NCBI GenBank assembly: GCA_054661495.1 | Contig: BAAFSQ010000046.1 | Span: forward strand, 22,672 to 54,671 | Source of the DNA: Zygophlyctis sp. KS116 | Lineage: Eukaryota > Fungi > Chytridiomycota | DNA length: 32,000 nucleotides | Direction: 5' to 3' | Part shown: positions 24,548 to 32,000 of the stretch, piece after piece | Numbering within the stretch: the first letter of the stretch is position 1 | Layout: every line of letters starts with the position of its first letter | Notes under the pieces: model-generated | What the model was told of the DNA's origin: nothing | Database searches by the model: none | The model's input: the letters and a program-made list of their open reading frames with translations, nothing else | Made by a program: the position numbers and the translations under genes

Positions 24548-26647
24548 TCAGGCCTTTGGTAATGCCCATGAGAAAATGGCCCCAACTTCGCTTACCGATA
24601 TTATACGGCGACCATCGGGTGAGAATTTGACTTTAGTTATATCGGTAGAATGACCAACTCCAACATAAGCCACGTCTCCTTCTTCGTAGCGATAAACCTT
24701 TTAGTGAGCTAATCATAGTGCTCTACATACCTTAACAAGCTTGTCACTTCCACCTATAACAAAATTGGATCCATCGGGAGAAATGTCTAATCCGTTGATT
24801 GTATCAGATTGAGTTGCTTCAAGCTCTCTTATCAAAGTGCCATCAAATGCCTCCCAATATCCGACCTTTCTGTCGGTTCCGCAAGTCAAAAGCTGAGACT
24901 CGTCCGGGTAGTAAGATACGGCATTGAAGAAGGAAGGTGCAAAGAGTACTTGATTTCTCACAAATCGAGTCAGATCCCATATAATACAAGAGCCATCCGA
25001 ACTGGAAGATACACACTCTAAATTATTTTTACGGATTTTGATGCAGGTGACAGTACCTTAAGGTTGAAATTTCGAATTAAATATTACCTTTATGTTCTTT
25101 CATAGCACCTTCTAGTACTTGAATATGTTTAGAAACTTTCCAGACTCGTACTTGGCCATCTTGAAAGTATTAGACATAGAATATTACCCTCTCCGCCAGA
25201 AATGATTTTGAAATCACCATTTGAATTAATGGTATCAGTGACAGCCAATGCAGTAACACACTTCTTGTGTGCATCATGAATCACATATTGTAAACGACCA
25301 GTTTGAGGTCCAAATGCTCTTATCTTCCCATCATTCCATCCTGTAATAAGACTAGATCCATCCTTTTTAAATATTAATGTAATACATTCAAGATTTGGAA
25401 TATGTATTTTCAAGAGTTCTGATCGACTATTTGCATTCCAAAGACGAATATCAGTTGATGACGAAGTTGCAAAAACATCTGATGAATCACTTTTGTTAAA
25501 TAAATAAAAGAAATACGCTGGGAAACAGATATCGTTGACCGTTGAATAATGGCAGGAAGATTTTAGCTTATAAGTGAAATCCTTTCCATTGACTAGGTAA
25601 ATATTTGAAGATGCTGTTCCAGCGAAAAAATGGTCTTGGTTATCGAATGCGATTGAAGTAACCCCTCCGTCGACCTTTACTGAGCTATAATATTAATCAT
25701 TAAATTGATACTGTAAAATATTCATTTTAGGAAGCTTTAATGCAGCAATAGTTCCATCGCCACAGCCTATAATTACAGTTTCATCATTTGGTGACAGCGC
25801 AGCAGAGATAATACCCAAACTAAATAAATCCTTAAAATAATTAGCCCAATTTAGAAATACTTACTTTTTCTTTAGGGGGTCCAGAATGTTTGAATAATCC
25901 AGTTTTCAAATCAACCTTCATTAAATCACCAGTGGTAGTTCCACAATACATAAACTGATCATTTTGATCCACAGTAATACAGTTTACAATCCGCTTAATT
26001 TGACCAGTTTGACAATCTGTTGCTCTGACTTTACGTTGTGCGGGAGAAACTTCCCAAATTCGAAGAGTTGAATGACCGCCAGTCACAAACTTATGATCAT
26101 CATGGTTAAGATAAGCAAGAGACAGCGTAACACCAGATGAATCATTTGATGCTGGTGATCCACAAATCGCGACTCCTTTGTCCAAATCCCAAACAATAAC
26201 TGCATTATCATCTTCACCACCCAAAGATGCCAAAAACTTTCCATTTGGCGAGAACGCAACAGCCTGTACTTTTACTTTATGAAGAGTAAATCTATTTTTC
26301 AACTGCCTTTTCTGAAAATCCCAAATAATAATATCAGCCTAATATTAACAGATTTACTACAAACCTGAAAGCCCATATGCGTAACCTGTCCAGATGCAAT
26401 ATATTTTCCATCTTTAGAGATCGCCAAACAGCTTACAATGTTAGTATGACCCTGTAAGAATTCCTGGGCATGCTCCTTGTGGGAATCAGCGACTACGACT
26501 GTCGATCCAAGTGAATAAACCGTATTAATTCCGTTTGGATGTTTGATTAAGCCTTGGGGGACAGCTCCTTAATTTAAGACAATTCTTCATACCTCCAAAT
26601 CCAATCGTAGATTCTATCTTTAGAGTCTGTATATCTGCTGTAGACAT
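24548..26647 (-). CDS. CFAP52: Cilia- and flagella-associated protein 52 (WDR16)
   Basis: TIGFGGAVPQGL..HP, SGQVTHMGFQADIIIWD, LGGEDD, GWNDGKIRAFGPQTG, GTDRKVGYWE. Eight introns of 25-34 nt. Confidence 0.93.
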
Positions 26648-26670
26648 TTACGGAAGTTTAACACCTCATT

Positions 26671-26682
26671 ACGTCATGACGT
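26671..26682. promoter_or_regulatory. Perfect palindrome ACGTCATGACGT (two CRE/ATF-like TGACGT sites) just upstream of the CFAP52 start
   Basis: 12-bp self-complementary element 24 bp from the ATG at 26647. Confidence 0.35.
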
Positions 26683-26785
26683 TTGATTTGTGATCAGTGG
26701 ATATAAGCTGTGGATATACTTACATACAATTTTTCCTATAATAAGTAATTGCTGATAAATTCTCCAAAAACATTATATTATGCCT

Positions 26786-27684
26786 TTAAAATCGAGATCT
26801 AGGAACACCAAGATCCAATAACTTTCCAAAAGCCTTTGCAAAATCATTGAAAAAGGCATTCTTGTCTTTAGCATACAACTTTACGTATTTTGAGAATTCC
26901 GGATCCCAGAGCAACGCCATATCCGCTGGTAACATCATTAAATCTCCATCAGGATTTTCATACTGTTCTGGTCCGGACCATTTCTTTTTTGTCCAATTTT
27001 CAGACATTAGCAAAACAAAATATTGGTTAGAAAATCTAGTTGGAGTATATGTCCATGGCCCAGAATAACCAGAACGATCAGTGTGACATCGTCCCAAAGA
27101 ATGAGCCCCACAAAGCGCAACAATTTCTTGATCATTAAATCCCATTCTATAATTTAGAAAAAAGATTTACCGATAAAATATCTCTCGCACATGATTTGAT
27201 CCCTGCGCAGCCTATCATAATTAGTTTTTCAAGTTACATCTGGTAGTCTTCCATTTGGAGGTATATCAGAAGGAACCAACGTTTCTTTTCTTTTATCTAC
27301 TCTTCCTGGACCCCAAGAAATACTTGGACCTCCCATTGCTTCAATTGCAACAACACCAGCTAGTGTCCATATATCCGCATACGACATTTGAGGATAAGCC
27401 AGTTTTATAGGTTCCAGAAATTCTCTGTCTATTTAGTTTCAAGATTTACCTTGCATGTTCTAGACCGTCATTAGCACCATCAGTAGATTCTGGAGGAAAT
27501 CTCATTGTTGCTCCATTTGAGCCACCATTCTTTGACTTTACACAGTATGTACCAGATGCGTGCCAAGCGACTGTTTGATTAGTATTGTAAAAGTACGTCT
27601 AACTAGCAAAGGTCCAATAGATCCATCATCCCATCCCGGCTTTGCCAAGATTTGCTTTATAGAGTCTTTAACTTGCTGATTCAT
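26786..27684 (-). CDS. Class I heme peroxidase (cytochrome c peroxidase-like, CCP2 type without mitochondrial presequence)
   Basis: [37 protein letters not shown]. Introns 27571-27596, 27425-27449, 27212-27237, 27147-27170. Ends -SRF. Confidence 0.92.
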
Positions 27685-27702
27685 TTGTTTTTTAAACCTA
27701 AA

Positions 27703-28318
27703 ATGTCAATTCGCTCGCACTATGAATCTCTCGGAGTACAAAATTACTATAAATCCTTTGGATCAGAGTATAAAAATCCCCATGCACATCTGTTAACTAG
27801 TATTATTTGTCAGCTGCTATCCGATCAGACTAAATTTGGCTCAGATCTTGTTACCATTCTTGATTTTGCTTGTGGATCTGGCGAAGGAATAGTTGCATTG
27901 ACGAATGCATTCAAAACTCTTGGGCTAAACTCCAACATTATTCTAGATATTTCGGATCCTTATACTCTCCCTGCATTTCATCAAGAGCGACTCATAAATC
28001 CGCTTCCCGCAAACGTACAGTTGAGGAATCAATTTAAATGGACATTTGAAGAATTATCTCATTCAGACTCAATGCTTTCAAAGTATGATATTGTCATCTC
28101 ATCGTTTGCATTACATTGTAGGATTTATTTGATTAATACTAGTGGCTCAATCATGTCTATTTTCTCTATTATTCAACTTATCCCTACACTGTAGATTCCT
28201 TATAATTGTTAGTCCTCATAAAAAACCACATATACTCCCTTCGACTGGTTGGATTTTAGTCAAGAAAATTCAAAATAGGATTCATGCATGGCTATATTCT
28301 AGTTTGCATGATTTATAA
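27703..28318 (+). CDS. SAM-dependent methyltransferase-like protein
   Basis: ILDFACGSGE motif I and YDIVISSFALH. Intron 28118-28142 extends the frame through SPHKKP to TAA 28316-28318. Confidence 0.72.
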
Positions 28319-28371
28319 TAATTATACTATTTTTTGTATTCCCTACTCTATACCTCTGCTTTTAAATGTGA

Positions 28372-28570
28372 CTAGAGATGATCGCAGCAAGTACAAGTCA
28401 GGATTATACATAAAATATCACCGCAGCCAGAGCAGAATATACAGCAATTATCTAATTTGTTGCCCTCAGATGATGTATCCGATAGTGAAATTGCATCTTG
28501 GGGAGGAGGGACAGGGGGATATGCTGCAGATTCTAAAAGGATTAGTCTTTAAAGTACCATTCATAGACAT
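28372..28570 (-). CDS. 57-aa Pro-rich / Cys-rich tail microprotein (CYSTM-like)
   Basis: Removing intron 28533-28557 gives MSMNESAAYPPVPPPQDAISLSDTSSEGNKLDNCCIFCSGCGDILCIILTCTCCDHL*. Not in the ORF track. Confidence 0.7.
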
Positions 28571-28630
28571 TTTTTATTTCAAATCTAAAAATAGATTTTT
28601 ATAGATAATGTATTTCGTTCGTTATTTGAG

Positions 28631-29744
28631 CTATATGACAGATTCCATTCGAGGAGTAGCAGTCTTTTTAGCCAAAAACAAACTAAGGCGATGTACCTTT
28701 TCTTTTTTTTCAGAACTTATTTCTGGATCAAATTGTTTGAATGATCCAGATCCAGATTTCCATCTCATATATCCAAATAGACCAATCAAAACAGCTATGC
28801 CCAAGGATGCTACAACAGCAATCGCAATACTGTTTGAATCCGTTGTAAGTGATCCAGATGATTTACCAGGAGCGCTTACAGAAGTAACTTTTTTATAGTC
28901 TGGATTGCTGAATGGCGAATCAACAAGGTTGATTTTAGAAAAATCGCATTTGGGCTTACTCTGGCAAAAAGCAACAGAGCCACCTTCATTACAAATCGCT
29001 ACTTTTGTTCCGGAAGCATAAGCTCCCCATTCTACTGATTCTCTGTTTATTAATTTATATTAAAACTTACGGTGGAGTATTTCCATGAAGCCATACTTTT
29101 CCAAATAAACCTTTATTGTTTTCTACTTTACTATCAATTAGTCAAAATTGTTATTCTTACATGTTAACGAGAGAAGTATTCAATAAAGAACAAGAAAGAT
29201 CTCCAGATAAATGATTTGCATCAATCAATCTAAAGTTAATAGAGTTGTTATTACAGACTTTTGAGATTGGATAAATAGCCCAGAGACTGCGGTACTCCAC
29301 CACTTAATTGATTGTTTTGTAAATTCCTATGAATAAGCAAGTTTAAACATACAATGAAGTCAAATTCGTTAAATTTCCAATCAAAGATGGAATTTCGCCA
29401 GTCAAGACATTGCCGCTAAGATCAAGAGTTTGAAGTGAGCTGATTTTACCAATATACTCTGGTATTGATCCATCAAGATTCTTGTTATGCCATTTTAGAC
29501 TAATTACATTGCTGCCATTGCAAGTAACACCATCAAAATCGCAACATATAGTATCGTTGCTTCTATCAATTCTCCTATAGTCAGCAATCAGATAGTTAAA
29601 ACTATCTGCTAAATCCAATACTAATGAGCATTCAGAAGGTGGGGTAATATGTGCTTCACTTGTGATAACCGCTCCCATTGTAATGATTCCAATAAGGATG
29701 TAAACAAATAATCCACGGGGTCAGCCAAGAGATATGAGAAGCAT
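28631..29744 (-). CDS. Plant-type LRR receptor-like membrane protein (N-cap, ~4 LRRs, TM, short tail); 5' end disrupted
   Basis: CCDFDGVTC cap and LxxLxLxxNxLxGxIP repeats. Phase-2 introns 29327-29352, 29230-29254, 29131-29160, 29043-29070. TM IAIAVVASLGIAVLIGLFGYM. In-frame TGA at 29721-29723 within the putative signal peptide. Confidence 0.75.
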
Positions 29745-29821
29745 GAGTCTGACATATATAAATATATGATTATTGACATGATCCTATCTTCAAATTTTCA
29801 GTATTGTAGATTTTTAGAGTA

Positions 29822-31379
29822 ATGACTCTCATAACTAGTATAGCGGTTGGTTCAAGTATTCCAGTTGTGATTGCATTCGGATTCATTGCATTATATATAT
29901 CTAGACAAAATCCTGATCATGACGGATCTACTGAATACTTTTTAAGTGCTAAAAACTCACAGTCGAGTACTCGAATAGCATGGTCATATTATGCTGCTGC
30001 AGTCGGTGCTTGTGTGGTATTTGCTCCATCTTCATATGTTGTGGATCCTGTAAACGGGGCAGGCTGGTTGGGTCTACTGTGTATGTCATTTTTTACTGCC
30101 GCTGGGGTATTGGTTGTTGTATATGCGGGAACTTTTGTCCGGCGTAAATACCCAAAGGCGATCTCATTAGGTCAATATTGCAATCTTAGATTTGGTCGAT
30201 CAGTTGAGATTTATGTAACAACGCTTGTTTTTTTCAATTTAGCGATCGGTAAAGTCAAAATATGAAATAATATATAGCATTATCTGCAGAGTATACTGGA
30301 ATAGGAGAGTTATTTTCTCAGATTCTAAATGCTCCGCCAATTATTCCTATTTTAACTGTTGGACTTGTTACATTAACTTATACAGTTATAGGAGGGTTAT
30401 ATGTGTCTATTGTTACAGATCAATATCAGTCAATATTTATCATTGCATTACTATTTATTGTAATTATATATGTTGCTTGTACTTTTAGGCCAGGGCCTTT
30501 ACCAGAGCTGCCACCGCATCTTGCACTCAATGAAAATGGGTGGAGCTCGATTATCACCCTTGGGTTAGCATTAACATCATCTTCTCTATTTTCTGATGCA
30601 TTCTGGTAAATTATACAGCTTAATAAAAAGGCAAAGATCTAGCGCTGCAGCTGACGAAAAGGCTCTGATAACCGGTGGATGGCTTGGTGCTTTATTAACT
30701 TTTGTGGTTGTTTTTACATTTGGCATTCTTGCTTTTTTAGCTGCCTGGGCTGGAATGAACACTGACAGTAATACTGCATTTTTCTCTATATTAACTTCTG
30801 CGAATGGAGATCAGGGATGGATTCTTATAATTGTTACTCTGATTGCCATTACGATGAATGAAAGCGCAGTTGATTCACTACAAAATGCGATTTCAAGTAC
30901 TGTTGCATCACTAGTATTGTCCCTGGGATTTTCAATGTCTTTAACTCTTACAAGAATTATCGTAGTTCTTTTAAACATACCAATTATGCTGATTGGGCTT
31001 CAAGGCTATCAAATCACTTCCCTATTCTTAATTTCAAATATTATTACTACTTTTTCAATGCCACCATTGATTTTAGGACTTTTTGAATGCTTTGATGGGG
31101 TTTTAACAGGAAATACTGTACTTTTCAGTAATATTTTTTCATTTTTTGCGATTTTAATTTATGGATATATACAGACTGTAAATTCATAATTACTAAATCA
31201 AGGGGTCAATTACACTTGGTATCATCAAGTATTTTTATTCTTTTTACGATTATGGTGCATTTTTAACCGGATTTTTAGGTTCCTTTTTTGCAATTGGAAT
31301 CTGGATCGTAATTGATCAATTATTTTTCAAACATAAGGAAACTTACAGCAAAGTGGATTCTATTCCTTTTTCAAACTGA
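29822..31379 (+). CDS. Sodium:solute symporter (SSF) family transporter
   Basis: EYFLSA, RFG, YTVIGGLYVSIVTDQYQ, W|QR; about 13 TM segments. Introns 30249-30278, 30606-30630, 31178-31202. Confidence 0.83.
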
Positions 31380-31669
31380 TCGCTCCTTGAAATATATTCT
31401 CTTTATCATTCACGATTAGCCAGGAATGGCATACTAATCAGAAATACTTGCAATATTTGGATTTAAGCAGATAAAATTACATTATATTTTTAAAGATTTT
31501 TAAACAATTTTGCAGGAGAGAATGATTATTAGGCATGATTCACCGGAAACTGTATCTGAGTAGAAATTATTTCGGACTAGCATGATTTTCTTTCAGTATT
31601 AACCTGAAAGTTCAGTTCCTGCGCCACTAAATGTGGCAAGAGTATAGCTATTAATGGGCACAGAAACAA

Positions 31670-32000
31670 ATGCAAAATCAAGAATTCTACATTCAGTATC
31701 TTGATTATCGGCCCGTCTTTATTGAAACTCATTATATCGGAGAACAAGAGAGACGGAGGCCGCTCAATGATGTCGGTGACTTGATTGGTGCTTATAAGAC
31801 TGCTGTGGCACCTCTTCTTGCCTCAACTCCTATTGACGAACTCACTCTCCACCTTCCGGATGGATTTGATAGGTCTACCCTTAAAGAAGGATACTTTTCT
31901 TCTATTGATGAAACTGATCAAGCACTTCGCTCTGGTTTGGCTCTTACTAAACTGAATGATCTGGGCTTAAATGATCTTATTCCACTCATAATCAAGTCAA
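31670..32000 (+). CDS. 5' part of a Crinkler (CRN)-like protein, ubiquitin-like header domain (runs off the window)
   Basis: Open frame from ATG 31670: MQNQEFYIQY..PVFIETH..DVGDLIGAYK..IDELTLHLP..PLIIKS, resembling chytrid CRN-type N-termini. Absent from the track because it has no stop in the window. Confidence 0.6.
   Translation, partial: MQNQEFYIQYLDYRPVFIETHYIGEQERRRPLNDVGDLIGAYKTAVAPLLASTPIDELTLHLPDGFDRSTLKEGYFSSIDETDQALRSGLALTKLNDLGLNDLIPLIIKS

Noticed and set aside
28284-28898. Plus-strand ORFs 28284-28604 and 28608-28898
   Set aside because: They are antisense to the better-supported CYSTM-like and LRR genes on the minus strand.

Overview
Eukaryotic nuclear DNA, AT-rich and extremely compact. 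It most likely comes from a flagellated (zoosporic, chytrid-like) fungus: CFAP52 and a CCP5/AGBL5-type tubulin deglutamylase imply a cilium, while LCL2, SWA2, mL43 and a Crinkler-like header point to Fungi. About 24 genes tile the window almost without spacers, with divergent start codons only 8-56 bp apart in several pairs and overlapping stop codons. The fragmented ORF track is explained by about 67 miniature GT-AG introns, nearly all 24-34 nt, which I spliced by eye. The standout is a single ~1251-aa gene (9763-13768, 9 introns). It fuses a signal peptide and a type-B carboxylesterase with an intact catalytic triad, through a TM helix, to an ABCG half-transporter: an ADP1-like topology with an enzyme ectodomain. 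It shares a CCG-repeat bidirectional promoter with an orphan truncated-C-lobe kinase. Other points of interest are a plant-type LRR receptor-like gene with repeat-boundary introns and a lesion at its 5' end, an unannotated 57-aa CYSTM-like microprotein, a bacterial-looking NagD, a Crinkler-like gene start at the right edge, and a CpG-depleted intronless block. All gene models and counts are manual; no database searches were run.
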